Source: a bacterium (lineage in GTDB: Bacteria > Patescibacteriota > Minisyncoccia > UBA6257 > JAUSGH01). Taken from it: 64,000 nucleotides of DNA. The notes beneath the pieces are model-generated. The model saw only the letters and a program-made list of their open reading frames with translations, searched no databases and had not been told where the DNA came from. The translations under genes were made by a program, and so were the position numbers. Positions 8,619-18,170 of the stretch are shown one piece after another. Every line of letters begins with the position of its first letter. The first letter of the stretch is position 1. Location of the stretch: contig JAUSGH010000019.1 of assembly GCA_030649055.1 (NCBI GenBank), forward strand, positions 1,454 to 65,453, in the 5' to 3' direction.

Positions 8619-9690
8619 AAATCCCGTTCCGGCTCCAAAGAAACGGAACAAAGGGTGTCCCCTCCGACGGCGACGTCGGGGTGCGCATTCAGCTATATCG
8701 GGGAAGGCCGTCTTGTCAGGCGGTTAATCCCGAGGGAAGTTATTCAAGCCTCACTTTCGACTCTTTAATTATAGAGAAAAGTGGAGCTTGTGTAACCCCG
8801 TAGAGACTATGTAAGTAAGAAAATAGAAAATGACCAAGTCATTTTTGTTGGATCGATGTAAGGAAATTATTCTGGGTTCTTTGTTGGGTGATGGGTCCTT
8901 AAAGATCTATAAGCCCTACAAAAATGCCCGATTTTCCTTTCGACATTCGGTACATCAAAAAGATTATTTTTTCTGGAAAGTTGAAGAATTAAAAGAAATT
9001 TCCGGAGAGAAATCTTTTTGGGAACAAAAACCGAATAGTTTGGGAGGAGATATGTTGCGATACCAAAGTTTAGCATTAGAATTGCTTACGGAACTGCATC
9101 GGCTGACTTACGAGCATAATTGTCTCGTAATACGTCGAAAATGGCTGAACATGATGACGCCATTATCGCTTGCGATTTGGTGGCTTGATGATGGTTCGCT
9201 TATTGGCAATGGAAAGCGAGGTGTGTTTTGTACCGACCCGTTTTCGTTTCATGAACAAGAGATTTTATCGCAGTATTTACTCAAGGTTTGGAAAGTAAAA
9301 ACTGCGATTGGAAAAATTGTCCGCGAGCGGGAAGGAAAAAAAGTTGAGTACTATCGGCTATGGATTCGTTCAAGCGAAGAATTAAAAAAATTTCTTCGGA
9401 TAATCCTCCCCGAAATACCATCCGCATCTACATTGCCTAAAGTTCTTATTCTTTACAAAGATTCCCAATTACAGCAACGCTGGGTTTCTGAAGTTGTTGA
9501 AGCAACGCATTTTTCTCGAGAGATTATTGAAAGGTATCTTGCTGAGAAAAAAGCGAAATATAAGCGATTTCAGAAAATGATATAGTCCGATCCTCCGAGT
9601 AATCGGAGCATCTAATAGGTCTAAATCCCTAACGCTTAGGAATTAGGATTTAGAAATTAGAAATTGCAATTTTGCCAAGCAAAATTGTTG
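8619..9690 (+). mobile_element. group I intron in 16S rRNA (inserted after GGAUUAGAU, ends with G before ACCCUUGUAGUCC) carrying a homing endonuclease ORF
   Basis: Exon sequence diverges from the universal 16S at 8619 and resumes at 9691. The intron ends in G. Boundaries are accurate to about 1 nt. Confidence 0.75.
8830..9585 (+). CDS. LAGLIDADG homing endonuclease (two-motif, single-chain) encoded within the 16S intron
   Basis: ILGSLLGDGSL and AIWWLDDGSLIG motifs. Low-GC ORF inside the rRNA gene. Confidence 0.8.
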   Translation: MTKSFLLDRCKEIILGSLLGDGSLKIYKPYKNARFSFRHSVHQKDYFFWKVEELKEISGEKSFWEQKPNSLGGDMLRYQSLALELLTELHRLTYEHNCLVIRRKWLNMMTPLSLAIWWLDDGSLIGNGKRGVFCTDPFSFHEQEILSQYLLKVWKVKTAIGKIVREREGKKVEYYRLWIRSSEELKKFLRIILPEIPSASTLPKVLILYKDSQLQQRWVSEVVEATHFSREIIERYLAEKKAKYKRFQKMI

Positions 9691-9786
9691 ACCCTTGTAG
9701 TCCACGCCCTAAACGATGCTGATTAGCTGTCTCGAGTATCGACCCTCGGGGTGGCGTAGCTAACGCGTTAAATCAGCCGCCTGGGA

Positions 9787-9818
<32 letters not shown>

Positions 9819-9829
9819 AGACGGGGACT

Positions 9830-9864
<35 letters not shown>

Positions 9865-9942
9865 GTAAGCGAAGAACCTTACCAGGGCTTGAAATGCACT
9901 TGAAGACCGGCAGAAACGTCGGTCGTCTCTCAAGGACAAGTG

Positions 9943-9973
<31 letters not shown>

Positions 9974-10828
9974 ATCGTGAGACGTTCCCTTAAGTGGGGT
10001 AACGAGCGCAACCCCTCTCTGGTGTTATAAGTGTCACCGGAAACCGCCCCCGTTTTTGCCCGCAAGCAATGAAATGCTTGTGTTCAAAAACGGGGGAGGA
10101 AGGCGGGGATGACGTCAAATCCGCATGGCCCTCTGATGCCCTGGGCCACACACGTGCTACAATGGCCGTTACAAAGGGTTGCCAAGCCGCAAGGCGGAGC
10201 TAATCCCAAAAACACGGCCCCAGTTCAGATTGGAGGCTGCAACTCGCCTCCATGAAGTTGGAATCGCTAGTAATCGTAGGTCAGCTACACTACGGTGAAT
10301 ACGTTCTCGAGTCCTGTACTCACCGCCCGTCAAGCCAGCGGAGTCGGTAATACCTGAAGCCCAGCACTTTGTTCGCAACGCAGTTGTTAACAAAGTGCTG
10401 GGTAAGGGTAGGATCGATGATGAGGGCTAAGTCGTAACAAGGCACGCGTAGCGGAAGCTGTGCGTGGATCATCTACATAAACTTCTATAATTTTTGTTAT
10501 AGAACATAATAGATCGGAGCGCGTCGAAAGGCGCGCGTATGGCGTTCGTCGATGAGCCAAAAGTCTCGACGCGGACTTGCTTTCTGATGAAGCAAGGTTG
10601 GGATAACGCAAAAGTTTTTGATCCTTAGTTTTTACAAAAAATGCGAATGAGGCATTGCGCTCTCTTTCGCGTTTTTTGGTTGTCGTGTAACATAGAATAC
10701 ATGCCCCGTGCTACAACTTCGATGGCGCATAAGCGCGTAGAGATAGGCGAAGTCGGCGCGGAACAAGAGATGCTCTTAACATCAACGACAACCCATTATC
10801 AACATCAATCGAAGTTGTAGCACAGGGT

Positions 10829-11209
10829 ATGGCAGACGAACATAAAAAAATTCTTTTAGTTGAGGACGACCATTTTTTATCGTCGCTGTTAAAAAGCCGT
10901 CTTGAGAAAGACGGCGGTTTTGAGGTGGCGCTGGCGACAAACGGAGATGAGGCGTTGGGAGCGTTGGACGAAATGACGCCCGATCTTATTGTTCTGGACA
11001 TCATCCTTCCCGGCCGCTCCGGTTTTGAGGTGTTGGAGGAAATGCGCGCGAAACCCGGCATGAAGGCGCCGGTGATCGTTATGTCTAATCTTGGTCAGGA
11101 AACGGATGTCACGCGCGGGAAGTCGCTTGGCGCCGTTGAATATTTCGTGAAGGCGAATACGTCCATTGACGACTTGATTGTGAAGATTCGGGCGATGATA
11201 GGAGAGTAA
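10829..11209 (+). CDS. single-domain response regulator (CheY-like receiver)
   Basis: KKILLVEDD...LDIILPGRSGFEVLEEMRA...VIVMSNLG...K fits the receiver D-D-K pattern. First gene of the pilus cluster. Confidence 0.75.
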   Translation: MADEHKKILLVEDDHFLSSLLKSRLEKDGGFEVALATNGDEALGALDEMTPDLIVLDIILPGRSGFEVLEEMRAKPGMKAPVIVMSNLGQETDVTRGKSLGAVEYFVKANTSIDDLIVKIRAMIGE

Positions 11210-11377
11210 TCGCGCTGTTTGGTTATCCACAGTTGCGTTTTTGCGCGCGCGAAGTAATCGCGGTATAGTAAGCAGGTAATAGTGCTTCGGAAAAAGCACT
11301 ATTGTTGAAGTATAAAAGGTCGATGCGACAGAGTAGCAGATACAAAGAAAAATATTCGTTATTAAAAAAATAAAAAA

Positions 11378-11959
11378 ATGAAAAAAGGATTTACCCTCAT
11401 TGAACTTTTGATCGTTATCGGCATTCTTGCCATTCTTGCGACAGCGACAATTCTCGTGTTGAACCCGGCGCAGTTGTTCGCGCAAGCGCGCGATTCACAG
11501 CGCATCTCGGACCTCTCGGCATTAAAGAGCGCGCTTGGTTTTTATCTCGCAACTGCGGCAACGCCGGACTTGGATGCGGCGGGTGGAACTTGCGCGGCAA
11601 ATTATTGGGCAAGCGTAACCCCCGCGGCGCGTCGTTTGACTGGCGCGCTTAACGTTGATCAGTCGGCAAACGTTGCGTTAACGGTGGGAGGCGCGGGCTG
11701 GGTGCCGGTGGACTTCTCCGGCGCATCAGGCGGAGCTCCACTTTCGTCTTTGCCGAAAGACCCGACCAATGCAACTGTGGGCGGAGTTGAGTACAACTAC
11801 CAGTATGGCTGTGACAGCACGAATCGCTGGTTTGAAATAGACGCGAAGATGGAGAGCACGCGCTATTCCAATGGTGGAACGAACGATGTTGAGTCAACCG
11901 ATGGTGGTCTGACGGCCGCGGTTTACGAAGTCGGAAACGACCCGGGTCTTGACCTCTAG
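11378..11959 (+). CDS. type IV pilin (prepilin N-terminal methylation motif)
   Basis: MKKGFTLIELLIVIGILAILA class III signal with G|F cleavage and E5. Confidence 0.8.
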   Translation: MKKGFTLIELLIVIGILAILATATILVLNPAQLFAQARDSQRISDLSALKSALGFYLATAATPDLDAAGGTCAANYWASVTPAARRLTGALNVDQSANVALTVGGAGWVPVDFSGASGGAPLSSLPKDPTNATVGGVEYNYQYGCDSTNRWFEIDAKMESTRYSNGGTNDVESTDGGLTAAVYEVGNDPGLDL

Positions 11960-11969
11960 TTGACGCCTT

Positions 11970-12560
11970 ATGACGCTCGCTGCAGCATATAGCATTGCAG
12001 TGCTTGTCATACTCATTGGGACGGTAGCCTTGGGCTACCGTCCTTTTGTGGTCGGACGCCCACGCTTTTTTGCCTCGGCAATTATTGCCGGACTTTTTAT
12101 TTTGCTCGGCGTTGAGGCGGCGACTCAATATCACGCGTGGACGCTTTCCGCTCCGCAGAAGTTTTTGCTACCACCGCATCAACCTATTGGATACTTCTTC
12201 ACATATGTCGGATGGCGACTGTTCGCGCCTTACATTCTCTCGCTTCTTGTCGCGCTTGTGATGGTGGCGCTGGCGCGGATATATAATAGGCGGCACGACG
12301 GCGCGTTTTTCTATGACGATGAATTTTTTATGATCGGACTTGGCCTTTTTCTTTCGGGAACTCCGGGTTGGATATTGTACGCGGTTTCAATGATTGCTGT
12401 CGCGGCGGCCATTATCGCGTTTCGGACGGTTTTTTTGCATCATTCTGATAAGTTTTCGCTGCGTGAGTTATGGCTGCCCGTCGCGCTCTTTGATATACTG
12501 ATATATACATGGGGTGCACAGTTGCCGGTGCTTCGATTAATGCAATTTGCAGCGCCATAG
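11970..12560 (+). CDS. polytopic membrane protein, possible prepilin peptidase (A24-like) by position
   Basis: About 6 hydrophobic segments. DDEFFMIGLGLFLSGTPGW loosely resembles the GGGDVKLLAAxGAWLGW box. Sits between the pilin and pilB. Confidence 0.3.
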   Translation: MTLAAAYSIAVLVILIGTVALGYRPFVVGRPRFFASAIIAGLFILLGVEAATQYHAWTLSAPQKFLLPPHQPIGYFFTYVGWRLFAPYILSLLVALVMVALARIYNRRHDGAFFYDDEFFMIGLGLFLSGTPGWILYAVSMIAVAAAIIAFRTVFLHHSDKFSLRELWLPVALFDILIYTWGAQLPVLRLMQFAAP

Positions 12561-12597
12561 GGTCCTGGGGCTTGGGATACCAAGTTCTTTGAAGCGC

Positions 12598-14304
12598 ATG
12601 CGCCAAATTCCTCCGGAACAACTTGAAAAGATTTTACAGCGGGATGGCGTTGTCTCGCCGGCGGACTTTGCCGCGGCGGTCAAGGATGCCGCTCGTTTGG
12701 GCCAGGACGTGGTGCACGTGCTCATCGCGCACGGCATCATTACGTGGGAATATTTTTATGACCTGCTCGCGAAGTTTTTGGGCGTTCCGCGCGCCAACCT
12801 CGGGGGCATCACCATCAACGAGGAATTGTTGCGCAAGCTTCCGGAGGATGTTTCCCGGGAAAAACACGCGATTGTGTTCGGCGAATCCGCAGGGGCTCTT
12901 TTGGTCGCCATGGCGGACCCCAGTGATTTACAAACCATAGATTTTTTACAGCAGTATCTCCAACAGCCGGTTAAGCCATATCTTGCGTCGCAGGATGATT
13001 TGAACCGCGGTTTTTCATTTTACAGCAAGCGTCGTTATGAAGATTTTCAGCGCGCTATAGATGAAAACATTCAGGCGACGCTGCGTCTTAAGGCCGGCGG
13101 AAGCGAAGAGTCCGCCGAAGAGCTCCCTATTGTCGCTATTGTGGATACGATACTTTCGTATGCCGTGGCAATGCGCGCGTCCGATATGCACCTGGAGATT
13201 CTGGAGAGCGAACTGCTGGTGCGCTACCGCATTGACGGCGTGCTGCACGAAGTGATCCGTATGCCGAAGGAAGTGCACAGCGCCGTTATCGCGCGCATCA
13301 AGATTCTTTCCAACTTGAAACTTGATGAACACGCCAAGCCCCAAGACGGACGGTTTCGCTACAAAATCGGCGATGACAATGTGGACGTCCGTATTTCGGT
13401 GATGCCGACGCTGTATGGTGAAAAAATCGTGGGGAGAATTTTGACCGCCACGCAGCGGCCGCTGTCGTTTGAAGAAATCGGCATGTTGCCGGACACTGTC
13501 GCGATTATCAGGGAAAATATTTCCAAGGCGTACGGGATGGTCTTGGCGTGCGGACCGACCGGCTCCGGAAAAACCACGACGCTATACGCTGTTCTTACCA
13601 CATTGAATCGTCCGGAGGTGAACATCGTGACCATTGAAGATCCAATTGAGTTCGGTATTCCCAATGTGAACCAGACGCAAATTAATCCCGATGCGGGCAT
13701 CACGTTCGCGGCGGGGCTCCGGTCGATTGTGCGCCAGGACCCGAACGTTATTATGGTCGGCGAAATCCGCGATAAGGAAACCGCGGAAATTTCCGTGCAT
13801 TCGGCGCTTACGGGCTCCTTAGTGCTTTCAACGCTGCACACCAACGATGCCGCGACCGCGGTGCCGCGGCTCTTGGATATCGGCATCGCGCCGTTTTTGG
13901 TCGCGGCGGTGCTGAACCTTGTTGTCGGTCAGCGTCTGGTGCGGCGTATTTGCCTTGACTGCATTGAGTCTTATGAGCCGGATGCGGCGACAGCGAGCGC
14001 GATCGTGGCGCAGTTTCAAACTATGGGCATTGTTACCGCGTACAAGCCGCCGAAACTGATGTATCGCGGCGCGGGATGTGAGCGTTGTGGGCACATCGGT
14101 TATCGCGGACGGTTCGGTATTTATGAGTTGCTGCAGATCTCCGAATCCACCCGCCGGATGCTTGTTTCTTCGGATTTTTCTCTTGATGGGTTGCGGAAAA
14201 CGGCGCGTGAAGAGGGGATGATTACCATGTTTGAAGATGGCCTGCGCAAAGTCGAGCGTGGGATGACCACCATCGAAGAAGTGTTCAGAGTGATAAGAGA
14301 ATAA
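12598..14304 (+). CDS. pilB: type IV pilus assembly ATPase PilB (GspE family)
   Basis: Walker A GPTGSGKTTT, Asp box, His box, tetracysteine CLDC...CERCGH. Confidence 0.9.
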   Translation: MRQIPPEQLEKILQRDGVVSPADFAAAVKDAARLGQDVVHVLIAHGIITWEYFYDLLAKFLGVPRANLGGITINEELLRKLPEDVSREKHAIVFGESAGALLVAMADPSDLQTIDFLQQYLQQPVKPYLASQDDLNRGFSFYSKRRYEDFQRAIDENIQATLRLKAGGSEESAEELPIVAIVDTILSYAVAMRASDMHLEILESELLVRYRIDGVLHEVIRMPKEVHSAVIARIKILSNLKLDEHAKPQDGRFRYKIGDDNVDVRISVMPTLYGEKIVGRILTATQRPLSFEEIGMLPDTVAIIRENISKAYGMVLACGPTGSGKTTTLYAVLTTLNRPEVNIVTIEDPIEFGIPNVNQTQINPDAGITFAAGLRSIVRQDPNVIMVGEIRDKETAEISVHSALTGSLVLSTLHTNDAATAVPRLLDIGIAPFLVAAVLNLVVGQRLVRRICLDCIESYEPDAATASAIVAQFQTMGIVTAYKPPKLMYRGAGCERCGHIGYRGRFGIYELLQISESTRRMLVSSDFSLDGLRKTAREEGMITMFEDGLRKVERGMTTIEEVFRVIRE

Positions 14305-14306
14305 AT

Positions 14307-15521
14307 ATGAAATTCCATTATATTGCGACTACGTCGTCCGGAAAGACTGTTGAAGGGGATTATGACGCGACTGCCACCGCTGACGTGCTGGTGTACCTCG
14401 GTTCAAAAGGGTTGAAGCCTATTACCGTTAGGCGCGCTGATGCTTCGGCGTCTAGTGAGCGCGCGAAGCGGTTTTTCGGCCAGCCGATTACTGTCGCCGA
14501 CCAGATTTTTCTCACGCGTTATTTGGGGTTAATGCTCAAAGTCGGCGTGGATCTCTTCCGTGTTATTGATATTCTGACTGCGGACGTTGAAAAGCCGGCG
14601 ATGAAGGCGTTTTTGATGGAGTTGAAAGGTGGACTTGAAAAAGGGCAGCCGTTTTATCTTGCGTTCGCCCGTTATCCGAATTATTTTTCTCCGGTATTCG
14701 TGAATCTTATTAAAGCCGGCGAGCTTTCCGGAAATCTTGATTTTGCATTTGAGAGTTTGAGTGTTTCGCTGGAGCGGGAGCAGTCGCTTCGGAATAAGGT
14801 GAAAGCGGCGGTTATTTACCCTGTGATTCTGCTCGTGCTCGCGACGACCATTCTTTTTTTCCTCGTCACCTTCGATCTGCCGAAAATCGCGAACGTGTTT
14901 TTGAGCACTGGCGCCGAGCCGCCGGCGTTCTCCCGCATCGTGTTTACTGTGGGGCTTTTTCTGGCGGATTACGTTTGGTTCTTTGTCGCGGGTATCGTGC
15001 TCCTTGCCGGCGGCGCGTGGTTTTTCTTCGCGCAAACACTTGCCGGGCGGCGGATGCTGTATCTTGGGCTCGCGTATGCCCCCGTTTTTCGGACGGTATT
15101 CCAGCGTATTTCATTGCAGCAGTTCGCTTCAACGCTTTCGGCACTCATGCGGTCAGGTATGCCGATTCTGGAAGCGCTCCGGATTACCGGGGACGTGGTG
15201 AGTTTCCCTTCAATGCATGATGGTCTGCATCGTATCGCGGATGAAGGCGTCGCGAAGGGCACTGGCCTGGGCGAAGCATTCCGCCGCGAACCGGCGTTTC
15301 CACTTGTCGTCTCAAACCTTATCGCGGTTTCGGAAAAAGCCGGACATACCGCTGAAATTTTGGACACGCTCGCGAAGTTCTACGATTCCGAAATTGACTC
15401 GTCGCTCAAGACTTTGGTGTCGCTCGTGGAGCCGCTGATGTTGTTCTTTATCGGCGGCATCGTGGGACTTATCGCGCTTGCCATCATTATTCCGATTTAT
15501 CAATTAGTGGGACAGTTTTAA
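14307..15521 (+). CDS. pilC: type IV pilus inner-membrane platform protein PilC (GspF family)
   Basis: Two GspF repeats and 3 TM segments, immediately downstream of pilB. Confidence 0.85.
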   Translation: MKFHYIATTSSGKTVEGDYDATATADVLVYLGSKGLKPITVRRADASASSERAKRFFGQPITVADQIFLTRYLGLMLKVGVDLFRVIDILTADVEKPAMKAFLMELKGGLEKGQPFYLAFARYPNYFSPVFVNLIKAGELSGNLDFAFESLSVSLEREQSLRNKVKAAVIYPVILLVLATTILFFLVTFDLPKIANVFLSTGAEPPAFSRIVFTVGLFLADYVWFFVAGIVLLAGGAWFFFAQTLAGRRMLYLGLAYAPVFRTVFQRISLQQFASTLSALMRSGMPILEALRITGDVVSFPSMHDGLHRIADEGVAKGTGLGEAFRREPAFPLVVSNLIAVSEKAGHTAEILDTLAKFYDSEIDSSLKTLVSLVEPLMLFFIGGIVGLIALAIIIPIYQLVGQF

Positions 15522-15636
15522 TTTGAACATTGGACAAGTGACAATTGACAGGTGACCAACGGACGCGGGTGTTACTTCTCGTCCGTCGTCAAGTCAATGG
15601 TTAAATGTCAGTGGTCAAATGTTTCATAAACGCATT

Positions 15637-16092
15637 ATGCGCGGCTACACTCTCATTGAATTACTTATCGTCAGCGGGATTTCGATTGTGATTCTTTCCG
15701 TGGGCGCATTAGGGCTTTTGAATTATCGCGCGAGCCAGGATTTGCGGCTGGCCGCGCAGTCGGTTGCGTCAACGCTTCGCGACGCGCGCTCCAACGCGAC
15801 AACAGGGGAAGACGGATTGCGGTGGGGTGTGCGTTTTGTGGGAGGCGTGAGGGGATCCGCCACGCTATTCTCTACCGACGGAACAAGTTATCTGGCATCC
15901 GCGACAATGACGTTAAAAAGCGATTTGGAGTTCCGTGATCCGGCAACCGGCAGCACCAAAGACGTTATCTTTGACCGGTTAACCGGATATCCAATTGGGG
16001 GCACCGCTGTTATAATAGAAATAGGCGTCATAGGAAATGATGCCGTCAGTACAACGCTCAATATTTATGCGAACGGACGGATTGAATTTTAA
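15637..16092 (+). CDS. minor pilin / pseudopilin
   Basis: MRGYTLIELLIVSGISIVIL prepilin signal. Confidence 0.65.
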   Translation: MRGYTLIELLIVSGISIVILSVGALGLLNYRASQDLRLAAQSVASTLRDARSNATTGEDGLRWGVRFVGGVRGSATLFSTDGTSYLASATMTLKSDLEFRDPATGSTKDVIFDRLTGYPIGGTAVIIEIGVIGNDAVSTTLNIYANGRIEF

Positions 16093-16738
16093 TGAAAGAC
16101 GCCTGCGCCAAAAGGCTTCGGCGAGCCAAGGCGGGCAATCGCTGCTTGAGCTGATGGTGGCAATCGGCATCAGCGCGTTACTTATCGGCGGCGCCGCGAC
16201 GGTCATTGCGCTCGCGTTGCGCGTTGACGCGGTAAATAAGCCGTTGCAAGGCGCGCTCTTTGCCGCGCAGGGTTTGATTGATAATATCGCGGTGCTTGGG
16301 GAGGCGGATTGGCGGGGGAATATTGGCGCGCTTTCGCCCGCGCCGGCTACGTATTACGTGGACTCTTTGGGGGGCGATCTCGCTATTCTTTCCGGCGCTG
16401 AAACGCTCGTTATCGATGCCGTGCAATATACCCGTTATTTTACGATTGAAGACGTTACGCGTGACACGACAGGCGCCATAGCGACTCCCGGAACGCTTGA
16501 CCCGTCAACAAAAAAGATTACCGCGACGGCGGAGTGGCAGGAGGGGGTGTCAACGCCGAAATTTTCTCTGGTGAAGTATGTCGCGCGTTCGGCGCGGAAT
16601 ACGTCAAGCGCGCAAGTCGACTGGTCCGGCGGTTCGGGGCAGGTGGGTACCTTCGCGGCGAGCGATAAATATGATGTTGCCGGCGCCGGAATTGATACCG
16701 TTTCGCAGCCGGGTACGATTAAATTGCAGCTACCGTAA
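16067..16738 (+). CDS. minor pilin / pseudopilin (overlaps upstream gene in another frame)
   Basis: QGGQSLLELMVAIGISALLIGG prepilin-like N-terminus. ORF 16037..16738. Confidence 0.55.
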   Translation: MRTDGLNFNERRLRQKASASQGGQSLLELMVAIGISALLIGGAATVIALALRVDAVNKPLQGALFAAQGLIDNIAVLGEADWRGNIGALSPAPATYYVDSLGGDLAILSGAETLVIDAVQYTRYFTIEDVTRDTTGAIATPGTLDPSTKKITATAEWQEGVSTPKFSLVKYVARSARNTSSAQVDWSGGSGQVGTFAASDKYDVAGAGIDTVSQPGTIKLQLP

Positions 16739-16741
16739 ATC

Positions 16742-17701
16742 ATGGAAGCAACAAAGCAACAAAGCAATAAAGCAATAAAGCAAGGGAGCATTGCGGTAAA
16801 ACATAAAAGGGCAGTCTTGCTTCTTTGCTTCTTTGCTTCTTTGCTTTTTGTTATCCCTGCGCTCGCCGGAAACATCTCATCACAGCCGTCGGAGCGTTGG
16901 GCGTGGAGCGACGCGGTGGGCTGGATTGATTTCTTCGGCGTGACGGCAACTCCACCGGTGCTTCAGGGGTATGGGACGGGAAGCGCCATCGGAGAAGTGG
17001 CAATGGATTGCGCCACTACATCCATCGGCAATATTTGCGCAGTGAGTAATTTTAAGGTTGTGAATGACGGCTACGGTAATCTTTCGGGCTGGGCGTGGAG
17101 CGACGCCATCGGCTGGATCAGTTTTTGGTGCGGTAATGTTTCGCCGGGCGATTGCCAATCTTCAAATTATCAGGTGACGATTGATGGCGCCGGAGATTTC
17201 CACGGCTGGGCGTGGAATGACGCCATCGGCTGGATCAGTTTTAATTGTGATCATTCGGGCGATGGGGGGGCTAATCAGTGCACGACCTCAAGTTATAAAT
17301 TGAAGACGACGTATATTCCGGGGGTTCCGATGTATAGCGGTTCCTTGACCTCCAGCGTGTTTGACGCCGAGGTACCTGTTGCCTTGAATGCCATTCTTTG
17401 GAAGGGCACGCTGAACAGTCTTGTATCTTCGTCGGTGCGGTTCCGCGTCGCGTCTTCCAATTGCAGTAATGGGAAAACCAATCCGCCGGTTTGCGACGAC
17501 TCGGGAACGTGGGAGTTTTTGGGACCTAACAGCTCTACAACTGATTATTATATTCCCACCGGTCCGGACGCTCCCGCGGCGATTGATACGCGCGACCACA
17601 ACAACGTCCGCTACTTCCGTTACGAGGTTTTTATTGACTCCGATGTGTTCGGCGCGGTGACGCCCGAAATCAACGACATAATCATCAATTGGAGCCCATG
17701 A
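16742..17701 (+). CDS. secreted protein with three GWAW(S/N)DAIGWISF repeats, candidate pilus-associated adhesin
   Basis: Signal peptide KHKRAVLLLCFFASLLFVIPALA|GN. Repeats WAWSDAVGWIDFF, GWAWSDAIGWISFW, GWAWNDAIGWISFN. Octamer DNA repeats lie in codons 3-14. Confidence 0.6.
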   Translation: MEATKQQSNKAIKQGSIAVKHKRAVLLLCFFASLLFVIPALAGNISSQPSERWAWSDAVGWIDFFGVTATPPVLQGYGTGSAIGEVAMDCATTSIGNICAVSNFKVVNDGYGNLSGWAWSDAIGWISFWCGNVSPGDCQSSNYQVTIDGAGDFHGWAWNDAIGWISFNCDHSGDGGANQCTTSSYKLKTTYIPGVPMYSGSLTSSVFDAEVPVALNAILWKGTLNSLVSSSVRFRVASSNCSNGKTNPPVCDDSGTWEFLGPNSSTTDYYIPTGPDAPAAIDTRDHNNVRYFRYEVFIDSDVFGAVTPEINDIIINWSP

Positions 17702-18162
17702 TAATAAAACAAGAAAACAACCCTTCGACGCGGCTCAGGGCAGGGAAATCAAGAAAGCAACGGGGGGTAGTGGCGTTTTCAACTATACTGGTCCTTAGCG
17801 CCATCGTTGTTGAGGTGGGCATCGCGGCGAGTCTTCTGGTGTATTTTTTGAATCGTTCCAACTATGGTATCCGGCTCACCAATGAGGCGTTCGCGGCGGC
17901 GCGTGCCGGTGTTGACGATGCCATGATTCGCATCGTGCGCGCGAGGTTTTACCCATCGTGCGAAACAACATACAACCTTGTCGTCAGCGGCGCTGTAAGC
18001 GCGGATGTGACGATTCAAAATGTCGCGTGCAGTAGCGTTGCTGAAACGCAGTACATCATTTCCTCTACCGGAAAAGCGTTAGGGAAGCGCCGGACGCTTA
18101 CGGCAACGCTCGACATCAATCCCTCAACGCGGGAAGTCCGGGTGCTGAATATCGCTGAGTAG
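17689..18162 (+). CDS. pilus-associated membrane-anchored protein (PilX/pseudopilin-like N-terminal helix)
   Basis: KQRGVVAFSTILVLSAIVVEVGIAASLL single N-terminal TM. Confidence 0.4.
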   Translation: MEPMIIKQENNPSTRLRAGKSRKQRGVVAFSTILVLSAIVVEVGIAASLLVYFLNRSNYGIRLTNEAFAAARAGVDDAMIRIVRARFYPSCETTYNLVVSGAVSADVTIQNVACSSVAETQYIISSTGKALGKRRTLTATLDINPSTREVRVLNIAE

Positions 18163-18170
18163 AACTTGTT

